The notes below the pieces were generated by a model. The model ran no database searches and had not been told where the DNA came from. It worked only from the letters and a program-made list of their open reading frames with translations. From contig CAZTWK010000004.1 in assembly GCA_964617805.1 (NCBI GenBank), forward strand, positions 15,860 to 79,859: a stretch of DNA of 64,000 nucleotides, in the 5' to 3' direction. Made by a program: the position numbers and the translations under genes. Numbering within the stretch: position 1 is the first letter of the stretch; every line of letters begins with the position of its first letter. Below, in pieces: positions 35,351 to 44,707 of this stretch. Source of the DNA: an uncultured Fibrobacteraceae bacterium (lineage in GTDB: Bacteria; Krumholzibacteriota; Krumholzibacteriia; LZORAL124-64-63).

Positions 35351-35647
35351 CTACTTCTTCGAGATACGCTCCTTGAGCGACTTGCCCGCGGAGAACGCGG
35401 GATACTTGGTCGCGGGGATCATGATCTCAGCGCCGGTCTGCGGATTGCGGGCCTTGCGCTTCTTGCGGTTGCGTCGTTCAAAAGTACCGAAGCCTGTCAG
35501 CTGTACCCTCTTGCCCTTCGCGACCTCGGTCGCGATGATGCCCTCGCGGGGCACCGTCGAGAAGATGGCGTTGACGGCTGACGTAGCGTCCTTCTTGGAC
35601 AGCCCGGCCTTCTTGGCGACAGCAGTGATCAGTTCAGTCTTATTCAT
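35351..35647 (-). CDS. hup: HU/IHF-family nucleoid-associated DNA-binding protein
   Basis: Start MNKTELI with SD GGAGGTGA. Conserved arm GFGTFERRNRKKRKARNPQTGAEI. Confidence 0.85.
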   Translation of the reverse strand: MNKTELITAVAKKAGLSKKDATSAVNAIFSTVPREGIIATEVAKGKRVQLTGFGTFERRNRKKRKARNPQTGAEIMIPATKYPAFSAGKSLKERISKK

Positions 35648-35745
35648 GATATCACCTCCTTGGACGGAGGAAATCGCGAACACGCGATCCTGTCAACACA
35701 AAAAATGGAGTTTTTCCAGTCCTGGAGCGGGCTTTCGTCCACCCG

Positions 35746-38700
35746 TCAGAAGAGACCGCTGGTGGCTCGCCCGTAACCGCTGACCATGTCCTCCTTGCCG
35801 CGGGTCATCTTCACGTCGGGAATCGCCTTGAGCGAGAGGATGAAACCGAACTGCGAGTCCACGGCGTTCACGGTGCGCGAGAAGCGGATCTGCCAGCAGT
35901 GGAGGTCGCGGGAGAGGTTCCAGGTCTGGTTGGTCAGCGTGCCGCGTTCGATGTCGTAGCTCGTGCGGTAGTCGAACTTCCAGTTGCGCGTCACGGTGGC
36001 GCCGATGCTCAGGCTGACGCGGGCGGTGGTGGCGTCGCCGAGGTGGTCCTTGTTGTAGGAGAAGTTGCTGCCCAGCCGCCAGGGGATGAAGCGGCCGCCC
36101 TCGGTCTCGTCGCGGCCGCCGGTGGCCTCCTCGGCGCCGAAGTGCTCGAAGCCCGGGAAGCCCCCCTGCTCGTCCTGCTCGTCCTCGAAGAGGTATTCGT
36201 CCTCCTCGGCCGCCACGCCGGTGGTGTCGGCCCCCGCGTCGAGCAGGCCGATGGCGCTGTTGAGCGCCTGCTCGGGGGCCCGCACCTGGCCGCCGGTGTC
36301 CACCCGCCCGCTGAAGTTCAGGCCGTAGACGATGCGCGTGCTGGTCACGCGCATGGCGTAGGGATCGATGGACTGGTTGACCGTCAGCTTCAGGTTGCGG
36401 TTCGTGCCCGGCTTCAGCGTGAGCGAGCTGCTGACGGTCTGCCAGCGCTGGTCTTCGGGACGGGCCGGGTTGTAACCCGTGCTCAGGCCCCAGTCGATCA
36501 GGCCGTCGAGCTTGCGGTACTCGGCCGTGGAGTCGGCCTCGCTGCCGGCGAGGTACTTGGCGTCGAAGCGGTTGTTGAGCGACAGGCTGAAGGACTCGCT
36601 GCGGGTCTGCTGCCCGGGGATGCTGGGCGACAGCCGGTGGCCCACGTTGAAGGCGAAGGTGTGCCGGATGGCGCGCAGGCGCCCGATCTTAGGCCGGAAC
36701 AGTCCGTAGAGCTTGGCCGAGACCGCCGAGTTGATGGAGAAGCCCTTGTCGGTGGTCTCCACCACCTCGCGCACCTCCTCGGCCACGTAGTTGGTGTCCG
36801 CGTCGAGGGTGTAGACGGTGCCCGCGTTCTCCTCGCGCGACCAGGCGTAGCTGGCGCTGACGCCGGTGCTGGCCGTCAGGAAGAACAGCCGCTGCTGCTT
36901 GAGCGACATGGAGGCCGAGCCCCGCGCCGAGTGCGTCGTGTTGTCGGTCGTCTCGAAGGACCTGCGCGTGCTGTCGAAGTTGTAGTTGTGGCTGACGTAG
37001 GTGCTGCGCAGCAGGTTGGTGAACACGTTCCCCTTCTCCCCCGTGCGCAGGGCCGGCAGCAGCGAGGTGCTCTTGAAGGTGAGCTTGAGCTGGGGGAAGT
37101 TCGTGGTCGCGAGCAGGTTGTCGGTGCCGAGGTCGTCGTCCTCGCGGTTGACGAACTCGTCGCGCTTGAAGTTGAGGGTGGCGCTGAGGTTCGACCAGTT
37201 GCGGCTGAGGTAGATGGTCGAGGTCTGCTGCCCGCTGATCACCTCCTGGCCCACGTCGTTGATCAGGTCCTCGCGCGAGATGGTCTTGCTGGACATCTGC
37301 ACGCTGGAGCGGAAGCGGTAGTAGTCGAAGAGGGTCTGCTGGTCGTGGTTCCAGCGCAGCTGCCACTCGCGGGTGCCCGCCTGGTCGCCGAGGGTGTTGC
37401 GCCGCGAGTAGTCGACGTTGCCGGTGAAGGCGTAGCGCTTGACGTAGCGGTTGCTGATCCGCCAGGTGAGCTCCCGGTTCTCGTTGTAGTCGCCGCGCAC
37501 GGTGAAGTCGGTGTAGTCGTTGGTCGCCCAGTAGTAGCCCCAGTCGCGGATGTAGCGCCCCGTCCGCTCCGACCAGCCGAAGTTGAAATTGGGAAAGAGG
37601 ATGCCCGACTTGCGGCCCGTCTCCAGCGCCTTGAAGTAGAAGGGCAGCGCGAAGACCGGCACCTCGCCCACCTTCATGACGATGGGCTTGGCGACCACCT
37701 TGTCGCCGGTCCGGATCTTCATCTTGTCGGCCCAAAAGTGGTAGTGGGGTTCGGCCAGGTCGCAGCTGGTCATCTTGCCGGACTCGATCTTCAGGGTGCC
37801 GTCGTCAAAGCGCTTGATCTTCTCGCCCACGTAGAAGAACTCGTCCATGGCCGTGGCGCCCTCGCGCACCGCGCCGGTGCGGTGCTCGAAGCCGTAGCCG
37901 AGCTGGCGGCCCGCGATCTTCTGGGAGGCGTCCACCAGCAGCGGGTTATCCTCGGCGTAGAGCTCCCGGGAATCCAGGTCCATGCGCACCTTGCCGGCGG
38001 TCAGGTCCAGGGTGCCGTAGACCAGATTGCCGTCGCCGGAGATGTCGATGCGCCGGCCGGCAAGGTCGAAGATGGCGGCGTTCCCCTCGTACTCCACCAA
38101 CTGCCGGTTGGCCTCGAAATCCCAGGTGCGCCGGCCGTCCGACAGGGTGTCGCTCACGGCGCGCAGCAGGGTCGCCACCAGGGCGCTGTCGGCCAGGGCG
38201 GCGGACAGGGCCGGGTTGTCGAGCAGGGAAGTGAGGGTCGTGTCGGCCGCCGCGTCGAGGCTGTCGCCCGCGGCCACGGCCGCCAGCAACGCGACCAGTT
38301 CCGGGCTGGGCACGCCGTCGGGCAGCAGGGGCGCGAGGGTGTCGCCGCCCGCGGTGGCCAGGCTGTCCAGGACGGCGCCCGCGCGGTCGGCGACGATCCC
38401 CAGCTCCGCCAGCCGCAGGAAGGAGTAGACGCCGCTCATGCGGCCCTTGACGTCGACCTGGCGCACCTTCCCGTCCTGGAAGTCGATGACGATGGTGTCG
38501 CCCGAGACGTCGTTGTAGGCCACCTCCTCGGCGGCGTCCAGGGGCACGTAGACGCTGCGCGCGTTGCCGATCACCACCGAGCGGTCGGGCACCTCGTCCG
38601 CGAAGTAGACCGTGATGTCGTCGCCGTTCAGCTCGTCGGTGCCGGGCAGGCCCACGTACTGCTCGGCCAGCTCGGCCGGCTTGCGGTCCAGGACCCAGGC

Positions 38701-39594
38701 CTGGCGGCGCAGGTGCACGCGGTCGAGTTCGCCGTCCAGGTAGACGAACTCGATCTCCTCGGCGTCCATGGTGCTGCCCTCGCCGTCGTCGAGCTCCGGG
38801 TCGCCGGTCAGCACCACCCGGTCCTGGCCGTGGACCACGGCGGTGTCGGCGCGGGCGGAAGTGGGGCCCTGCACTATGCGTACGCTGTCCACCATCACTA
38901 CGCGCTCGTCGGCCTGATGGAAGTACATCACCTCGGCGAGGGCGTGGAAGGGTCGCTCGCCCTGCTCCCGGCTCGTCAGCTCCGGGTCGCGGTCGACGAT
39001 GGCCAGGTCCTCCTGGCGGAAGAACAGGGCGTGCTCGCCGGTGACCAGGCTCTGGGCGTCGGGATCGACGATCTTCACGTGGCCGAAGGCCTCGCCGCGT
39101 TCCTCCTCGTCCCACTGGGAGATGGTGTCGGCCCAGACCACGTAGTCCGGCGTGACCAGGCGCGCGTCGTGCATCAGGCTCAGCCGATCGCCCCGCTCGC
39201 GCAGCTCGCCCTCGTCGGCGGTGGCGATCATGTCGCCGTCCTCCACGCGCACCTCGCGGTGGAACTCGGCCTCCTCGGTGTCCCCGTGGTAGATGGCGCC
39301 GCGGCAGGTGAGCACGGTGGCGCCGCGGGTCATGCGCACGGCGCCGAAGAACTCGTACTCGTCGCGGTCGTCGTAGAAGGCGGCGGAATCGCCCGTCACC
39401 GTCAGCGAGTCCCGCGTGACCACCACGTCGCCGATCAGCCAGGTGACCTTCTCGCCGTCGACCATCTCGTCGATGAGGCGCTTGGCGCTGTAGGTGGTGC
39501 GCTGGCGCGCCGGGTCGGACGCGGCGGCCAGGCAGAGGACGGCGCAGACGAGGAGGGCGGCGGCCAGCGCATCGCGCCGGGTCGGCGACCTCAT
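35746..39594 (-). CDS. LptD/OstA-like outer-membrane LPS-assembly protein (unusually long, 1282 aa)
   Basis: Signal peptide. N-terminal OstA-like beta-jellyroll repeats. Very large beta-barrel region with C-terminal F. Start overlaps the ROK gene stop (ATGA). Confidence 0.65.
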   Translation of the reverse strand: MRSPTRRDALAAALLVCAVLCLAAASDPARQRTTYSAKRLIDEMVDGEKVTWLIGDVVVTRDSLTVTGDSAAFYDDRDEYEFFGAVRMTRGATVLTCRGAIYHGDTEEAEFHREVRVEDGDMIATADEGELRERGDRLSLMHDARLVTPDYVVWADTISQWDEEERGEAFGHVKIVDPDAQSLVTGEHALFFRQEDLAIVDRDPELTSREQGERPFHALAEVMYFHQADERVVMVDSVRIVQGPTSARADTAVVHGQDRVVLTGDPELDDGEGSTMDAEEIEFVYLDGELDRVHLRRQAWVLDRKPAELAEQYVGLPGTDELNGDDITVYFADEVPDRSVVIGNARSVYVPLDAAEEVAYNDVSGDTIVIDFQDGKVRQVDVKGRMSGVYSFLRLAELGIVADRAGAVLDSLATAGGDTLAPLLPDGVPSPELVALLAAVAAGDSLDAAADTTLTSLLDNPALSAALADSALVATLLRAVSDTLSDGRRTWDFEANRQLVEYEGNAAIFDLAGRRIDISGDGNLVYGTLDLTAGKVRMDLDSRELYAEDNPLLVDASQKIAGRQLGYGFEHRTGAVREGATAMDEFFYVGEKIKRFDDGTLKIESGKMTSCDLAEPHYHFWADKMKIRTGDKVVAKPIVMKVGEVPVFALPFYFKALETGRKSGILFPNFNFGWSERTGRYIRDWGYYWATNDYTDFTVRGDYNENRELTWRISNRYVKRYAFTGNVDYSRRNTLGDQAGTREWQLRWNHDQQTLFDYYRFRSSVQMSSKTISREDLINDVGQEVISGQQTSTIYLSRNWSNLSATLNFKRDEFVNREDDDLGTDNLLATTNFPQLKLTFKSTSLLPALRTGEKGNVFTNLLRSTYVSHNYNFDSTRRSFETTDNTTHSARGSASMSLKQQRLFFLTASTGVSASYAWSREENAGTVYTLDADTNYVAEEVREVVETTDKGFSINSAVSAKLYGLFRPKIGRLRAIRHTFAFNVGHRLSPSIPGQQTRSESFSLSLNNRFDAKYLAGSEADSTAEYRKLDGLIDWGLSTGYNPARPEDQRWQTVSSSLTLKPGTNRNLKLTVNQSIDPYAMRVTSTRIVYGLNFSGRVDTGGQVRAPEQALNSAIGLLDAGADTTGVAAEEDEYLFEDEQDEQGGFPGFEHFGAEEATGGRDETEGGRFIPWRLGSNFSYNKDHLGDATTARVSLSIGATVTRNWKFDYRTSYDIERGTLTNQTWNLSRDLHCWQIRFSRTVNAVDSQFGFILSLKAIPDVKMTRGKEDMVSGYGRATSGLF

Positions 39595-40556
39595 GCCGCC
39601 TCCAGGCCGTCCCGGGCGAGGCGGGAGGCGCCGAGGGCGGCCGCGAGCGGACCGAGTTCGGCGGGTTCGATGGGCGTGGCGCGGCTGGCCACGCAGAGCA
39701 CGGTCGCGGCGGCGGTCTCGCGGCAGGGCGCGAAGAGGAGCTCGCCCGCCTGGGCCACGCCTCCGCCGATGATGACCTTGTCCGGATCGAGCAGGTTGAG
39801 CAGGTTGCCCACGGCGAGGCCCAGCATGCGCCCCGTGCGGTCGAAGAGGGTCGCGGCGTCGGCGTCGCCGGCGGCGGCCAGGTCGGCCAGGTCGCGGGTC
39901 GAAAACGCCTCGCCGCGCGCCGCGACGAGGTCCCGCAGGGCGGGGCCGGCGCCGGATCCGGCAGCCATGTCCCGCGCCGCGGCCAGCAGGCTGAGCGCGC
40001 CGGCGTAGGCCTCGACGCAGCCCCGGTTGCCGCAGCCGCAGAGGGAGCCCTCCGGATCCAGGATCATGTGGCCGATCTCGCCGGCGCCGTGCCGCGCGCC
40101 GGTGACCAGACGTCCGTCGACCATCACGGCGCCGCCGACGCCGGTACCCAGGGCCAGCATCACGAGATCGCTGCAGCCGCGGCCGGCGCCGAAGCGCGCC
40201 TCCCCGGCCAGGGCGGCGTTCACGTCGTTGGCGAAGACGCCGAGGATGTCGCCGAAGGTCTCGCGCAGGGCGGCGGCGAGGTCGCTGTTCTCCCAGCCGG
40301 GCAGGTTGGGGGCGCGCCCCAGGGTGCCCCGCACCGGATCCACGATGCCGGCGCAGGCCAGGCCCGCGGCGGCCAGCCCCGCACCGCCGGGCAGCCGCTC
40401 GTCGACGGCCGCGGACAGGCGGGCGAAGGTCTCGCGCACGTCGGAGGTATCGGTGGACACCTCGCCAGCGATGCGGTCCGGGTCCTCGGCGCCGCCCACG
40501 ACGTACTTGACCGTCGTGCCGCCGATATCCGCTCCCAGCACCAACCGCTCCGTCAT
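39591..40556 (-). CDS. ROK-family sugar kinase (glucokinase-like)
   Basis: Start MTERLVLGADIGGTTVKYVV (DxGGT ATPase motif). ROK zinc motif GHMILDPEGSLCGCGNRGCVE. Confidence 0.8.
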   Translation of the reverse strand: MTERLVLGADIGGTTVKYVVGGAEDPDRIAGEVSTDTSDVRETFARLSAAVDERLPGGAGLAAAGLACAGIVDPVRGTLGRAPNLPGWENSDLAAALRETFGDILGVFANDVNAALAGEARFGAGRGCSDLVMLALGTGVGGAVMVDGRLVTGARHGAGEIGHMILDPEGSLCGCGNRGCVEAYAGALSLLAAARDMAAGSGAGPALRDLVAARGEAFSTRDLADLAAAGDADAATLFDRTGRMLGLAVGNLLNLLDPDKVIIGGGVAQAGELLFAPCRETAAATVLCVASRATPIEPAELGPLAAALGASRLARDGLEAA

Positions 40557-41956
40557 GTCCTCAATCCCTTCAGCATGGATCCGGCCGCGCGCGTCCCGCG
40601 CGTGTCCTCCAGCGAGCGGAAGCCCAGGGCGTGGAGCACCTCCGCCACCAGGAAGCCCGAGCCGCAGACGAGCAGGGCGTCCCGGGACGCGAGGGTCTCC
40701 GCCAGGGTCCGCAGGGCCGTGACCAGGTTCTCGTGCACCTCGACCGCATTGTGTTCGGCGAGACCCCATCGGTCCATCAACGATTTCAACTGGCCGGGGT
40801 TCCGCGAACGGGGCAGGCCGATGGGCGCCGCCAGCACGGCGTCGGCCCGCGCAAGCAGGCGACCGGTCTCCTCGCCGGGCTCCTTGTCCGCCAGGCCGCC
40901 GAAGAGCACCACGCGCCGGCCGGCGCAGGGCCGCTCCAGGAAGGCCGTCAGGGCCACGCCGAGGGCCTCCGCGTTGTGGGCCGTATCCACCAGGACGTCG
41001 GGTTCCTCCAGCACGCGCTGGAAGCGGCCGGGCAGGAAGGCGGCGCGCAGCGAGGCGGCCGGATCCGGGGGCAGGTCGAGCACCCCGGCCGCGGCGAGCT
41101 CGTCCAGGCAGAGCAGGGCCAGGGCGGCGTTGCGGCGCAGGGCCGGTGGGCGCCAGGCGGGCAGCCCGTCGAAGCGGCGGCGGCGGGTGGCGAGGTCCCA
41201 GGCCTCGCCGCGGTCGTCCACGCGGGCCAACTCGTCGAGGAAGTGGCAGGGGCTGCCGGCGGCCACGGCGGCCTCGAAGACCTGGGCGCGCAGCTCCGGC
41301 GTCACGGCGGTGAACAGGGGCGCGCCCTTGAGCAGGCCCAGCTTCTCGGCGGCGATCTCGGCCACCGTCCCACCCAGGATGTGCTGGTGGTCCAGGGACA
41401 CGCCCGTCAGCAGCAGGGCCTCGTGGGGCAGGGCGTTGCTGGCGTCGAGGCGCCCGCCCAGACCGGTCTCGCAGCAGAAGACGTCCACGCCGGCCTCGCG
41501 GGCCACCGCCAGCGACGTGGCCGTGAGGGTCTCGAACCAGCTCGCCTGGTGGCGGTCCACCGAGGGACGCAACGACTCGGCGGTGCGGCAGAAGAGGTCG
41601 GGATCGACGGGGCGGTCGTCCAGGGCCAGCCGCTCGTAAACCCGCAGCAGGTGGGGACTGGTGAAGCAGGCGACGCGGTGGCCGGCGTCCTGGAGCAGGC
41701 GCGCCAGAAGCCGCGTGGTGCTGCCCTTGCCGTTGGTGCCGGCGGTGACCAGGATCCGGTAGTCGCGTTCGGGATGGCCGAGGTCCTCGAGCAGGCCGCG
41801 GATCCGCTTCAGCCCGGGCCGGATGCCCTTGCGGTTCAGCGCGAAGAGCCAGCGGGTGGTCTCGTTGTCGGCCGCGAAGGGAGGGCGCGCCTCGCCGAGG
41901 CCCGGCTCGCCCGGGTAGCTGATGTCCTCGTAGGGTCTGGCGTCGGGGTCGGCCAT
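40553..41956 (-). CDS. folC: bifunctional folylpolyglutamate synthase/dihydrofolate synthase
   Basis: Internal start MADPDARPYED of the long ORF. VTAGTNGKGST P-loop. Mur-ligase family central and C-terminal domains. Confidence 0.85.
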   Translation of the reverse strand: MADPDARPYEDISYPGEPGLGEARPPFAADNETTRWLFALNRKGIRPGLKRIRGLLEDLGHPERDYRILVTAGTNGKGSTTRLLARLLQDAGHRVACFTSPHLLRVYERLALDDRPVDPDLFCRTAESLRPSVDRHQASWFETLTATSLAVAREAGVDVFCCETGLGGRLDASNALPHEALLLTGVSLDHQHILGGTVAEIAAEKLGLLKGAPLFTAVTPELRAQVFEAAVAAGSPCHFLDELARVDDRGEAWDLATRRRRFDGLPAWRPPALRRNAALALLCLDELAAAGVLDLPPDPAASLRAAFLPGRFQRVLEEPDVLVDTAHNAEALGVALTAFLERPCAGRRVVLFGGLADKEPGEETGRLLARADAVLAAPIGLPRSRNPGQLKSLMDRWGLAEHNAVEVHENLVTALRTLAETLASRDALLVCGSGFLVAEVLHALGFRSLEDTRGTRAAGSMLKGLRT

Positions 41957-41961
41957 GCGGC

Positions 41962-42843
41962 TCAACCGCGGAAGGGCTGCTTGACCGAGACCTCGCGCCC
42001 GTCCACGAACCAGTGCAGGACCTGTCCCAGCCGCTCCTTGAGATCCTTGCGCTCGACGATCATGTCGATCATGCCGTGCTCCAGGAGGAACTCCGAGGAC
42101 TGGAAGCCCTCGGGCAGGTCGCTGTTGATCGTCTGCTGGATCACGCGCGGGCCGGCGAAGCCGATCAGCGCGCCGGGCTCGGCGATGATCACGTCGCCCA
42201 GCGAGGCGTAGCTGGCGGTCACGCCGCCGGTGGTCGGGTGGGTCAGGATGGAGACGAAGGGGATGGCCTCCTCCTTGAGCCGCGCCAGTACGGCGCTGGT
42301 CTTGGCCATCTGCATGAGCGAGAGCAGGGACTCCTGCATGCGCGCGCCGCCCGAGCAGGACACGATGATCGCGGCCTCGCGGTTCTTCAGGCTGTCGAGC
42401 AGCATGCGGGCGATCTTCTCGCCCACGACAGACCCCATGCTGCCGCCCATGAAGTCGAAGTCCATCACGCCCAGGCAGACGGGCAGGCGGTCGATCTCGC
42501 AGCGCCCGGTGAGGATCGCGTCGTCGCGCCCGGTCTTCTTCAGGCCGGCCTTGATGCGGTCCGCGTAGCGCTTGGAATCCTTGAAGTCGAGGGGATCGCG
42601 CGAGGTGATGCCGGCGTGCGTCTCCTGCCAGGTGCCCTCGTCGACCAGCAGTTCGAGGATCTGGATGACGCCGATGCGCAGGTGGTGGTTGCAGCTCGTG
42701 CAGACCCAGTGGTTGCGCGTCAACTCCCGGTGGTAGAGGACCTCGCCGCAGGACGGACACTTGCTCCAGAGATTGTCCGGAATCTCCTTCTTCTGCGTGG
42801 TCAGGGCCTTGATGCCCTTCTTGGCCTGATCTATCCAGGACAT
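41962..42843 (-). CDS. accD: acetyl-CoA carboxylase carboxyltransferase beta subunit
   Basis: N-terminal zinc ribbon CPSCGEVLYHRELTRNHWVCTSCNHH followed by the carboxyltransferase domain. Confidence 0.9.
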   Translation of the reverse strand: MSWIDQAKKGIKALTTQKKEIPDNLWSKCPSCGEVLYHRELTRNHWVCTSCNHHLRIGVIQILELLVDEGTWQETHAGITSRDPLDFKDSKRYADRIKAGLKKTGRDDAILTGRCEIDRLPVCLGVMDFDFMGGSMGSVVGEKIARMLLDSLKNREAAIIVSCSGGARMQESLLSLMQMAKTSAVLARLKEEAIPFVSILTHPTTGGVTASYASLGDVIIAEPGALIGFAGPRVIQQTINSDLPEGFQSSEFLLEHGMIDMIVERKDLKERLGQVLHWFVDGREVSVKQPFRG

Positions 42844-42940
42844 TCCGTACTCCTCGCTGCGGGTCCGCCCGGATCCGTGGGCTCACAAGCCTAGGCGTTC
42901 GGGGGGCCGGGGACAAGTCGAAACCGGGAACGGATCCCTT

Positions 42941-43405
42941 TCAGGGCCTGGCCGCCGCCAGGGAGCGGAACAGCACCAGGGCGTCCTCTCCGGTGTCCCG
43001 GTAATAGCAGGGCCGGCGCTCCAGGGGCTTGAACCCGTGCCGCTCGTAAAAGGCCAGGGCCGGGGCGTTGCCGACGCGCACCTCGAGGGTGGCCGCGGTG
43101 CATCCCTCCGCGACCGCCGCCGCCAGGGACGTATCGAGCAGGCGCGTGCCCACGCCCGACCGGCGCTCGCCGGTGGCCACCGCCAGGTTGATCACGTGCC
43201 ACTCGGCGGCGACCTTCCAGGCCATGAGGTAGCCCACTACCTCGCCGTCGCGCAGGGCGGTCAGCGGGCGCCGCATGCGGTCGGTGCGCAGTTCGGTGAG
43301 CAGGGAGTCGATGGGCCAGGGATCGGAGAAGCTCGCCGCCTCGATGCGCAAGACCGCGGGCAGGTCGGCAGGCAGGGAGCGCCGCAGTTCGAGGCCCTCG
43401 CTCAC
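42941..43405 (-). CDS. rimI: ribosomal-protein-alanine N-acetyltransferase (GNAT), GTG start
   Basis: C-terminal 154 aa of ORF 42941..44176. GNAT motif RRSGVGTRLL...AFYERHGF. GTG overlaps the tsaB stop (GTGA). Confidence 0.7.
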   Translation of the reverse strand: MSEGLELRRSLPADLPAVLRIEAASFSDPWPIDSLLTELRTDRMRRPLTALRDGEVVGYLMAWKVAAEWHVINLAVATGERRSGVGTRLLDTSLAAAVAEGCTAATLEVRVGNAPALAFYERHGFKPLERRPCYYRDTGEDALVLFRSLAAARP

Positions 43406-44181
43406 GAGCCCTCCCCCTCCCCCGGGGCCGGCCGGGGATGTCGCGGCGTGAGGTCGAGTCCGCGCTGGACCTCGGCGTCGGAGACCCGCAGGTAGGCGGG
43501 GGTCAGGGCGAAGGGATGCGTCGGCGCGAAGCCGGCCCGGCCGCGACTGACCGCCCAGGCCAGGGCCCGCGCCGTGGCGGGGTGCGTGGAATCCCAGGGC
43601 CGCAGCCGCGGCTCCCCGGTCTCGCGCAGTTCCGGTCGCAGGTCGGCGCCCTCGCCGAGCAACAGCGGCACGCCGTTGCCGGCGAAGGCCAGCTCCTCGA
43701 CCGGGGGCGTGGCGGCCATCAGGTCCCGCCACCAGGCGTCGTAGCCGGCGGGAGCGGGCGGACGGACCTCCTCCACCCAGTCGCCGCGGCGGCGGTAGAC
43801 GGCGGCGAACACCTCCCCGCGCCGGGCGTCCAGCACCGGCACGGCCCAGTCGCGGGTCCGGTTCTCGGCCAGCATGGCGGCGGCCATGGCTTCCAGGGTC
43901 GAGACGGCGAACAGCGCGCAACCCAGGCTCCAGGCCATGCCCTTGGCCGTCGCGACGCCGATGCGCACGCCGGTGAAGCTGCCCGGCCCGCGGCACACGG
44001 CCACGGCGTCGATGTCCTGCCGGGCGCGACCCGCGGCCGACAGCACGTCGTCCACCACCGGCAACAAGGCGTCTGCGTAGGACCCCGTGACGTTCCAGGG
44101 CTGGTAGCGCAGGACCTCGCCGTCCTCGGCCAGGGCGAAGCGTCCCCAGTTGGTCGAGGTGTCCAGGGCCAGGCACAGCAT
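43402..44181 (-). CDS. tsaB: tRNA threonylcarbamoyladenosine biosynthesis protein TsaB (YeaZ)
   Basis: Start MLCLALDTSTNWGRFALA, typical of inactive Kae1/YeaZ homologues. ATG shares one nucleotide with the tsaE stop. Confidence 0.75.
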   Translation of the reverse strand: MLCLALDTSTNWGRFALAEDGEVLRYQPWNVTGSYADALLPVVDDVLSAAGRARQDIDAVAVCRGPGSFTGVRIGVATAKGMAWSLGCALFAVSTLEAMAAAMLAENRTRDWAVPVLDARRGEVFAAVYRRRGDWVEEVRPPAPAGYDAWWRDLMAATPPVEELAFAGNGVPLLLGEGADLRPELRETGEPRLRPWDSTHPATARALAWAVSRGRAGFAPTHPFALTPAYLRVSDAEVQRGLDLTPRHPRPAPGEGEGS

Positions 44182-44690
44182 CAGGGCGCCTCCCCGTCCG
44201 GGAAGTCCGCCCAGGCGGACGGCAGGTCGGGCACGCCGCGCAGCCGCCAGACGCGCGCGTCCGGCGCGTCGCCCGGGAGCACCAGGAACTCCAGGCGCGC
44301 CGCGAGCCACGGCAGCAGGGGCCCCGGCCACTCGGCCAGCAGCACCGCGCCGCCGTCCTCGACCTCGTCCATCACGGCGTCGATCCCGATGTCGTGCAGG
44401 TCGTCGGTGGCGTCGAGCCGGTAGAAGTCCAAGTGGTGCACGACGAGGCGTCCCGTGTAGCGGTTGGCGAGGGTGAAGGTGGGCGAGACCACATCCTCGG
44501 CGACCCCGAGCCCGCCGCACAGGCCCTGGGTGAAGAGGGTCTTGCCGGCGCCGAGGGGCCCCCACAGCAGCAGCACCTCGCCCCCGGCCAGGCGTTCGGC
44601 GGCGCGGCGTCCCAGCGCCAGCGTCTCCGCGGGCGAGGTCGTGGGGAATCCGGGACCGAAGTCCCGCGCGTCGGGCAGGGCGTGTTCCAT
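44181..44690 (-). CDS. tsaE: tRNA threonylcarbamoyladenosine biosynthesis ATPase TsaE (YjeE)
   Basis: Start MEHALPDAR. Walker A LLLWGPLGAGKTLF. About 169 aa. Confidence 0.8.
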   Translation of the reverse strand: MEHALPDARDFGPGFPTTSPAETLALGRRAAERLAGGEVLLLWGPLGAGKTLFTQGLCGGLGVAEDVVSPTFTLANRYTGRLVVHHLDFYRLDATDDLHDIGIDAVMDEVEDGGAVLLAEWPGPLLPWLAARLEFLVLPGDAPDARVWRLRGVPDLPSAWADFPDGEAP

Positions 44691-44707
44691 GGCGTCGTCC
44701 AGTGCTA

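Noticed and set aside
35899-40008. 1369-aa plus-strand ORF
   Set aside because: It is antisense to the LptD-like and ROK genes. It has the low-complexity high-GC composition of an artefact.
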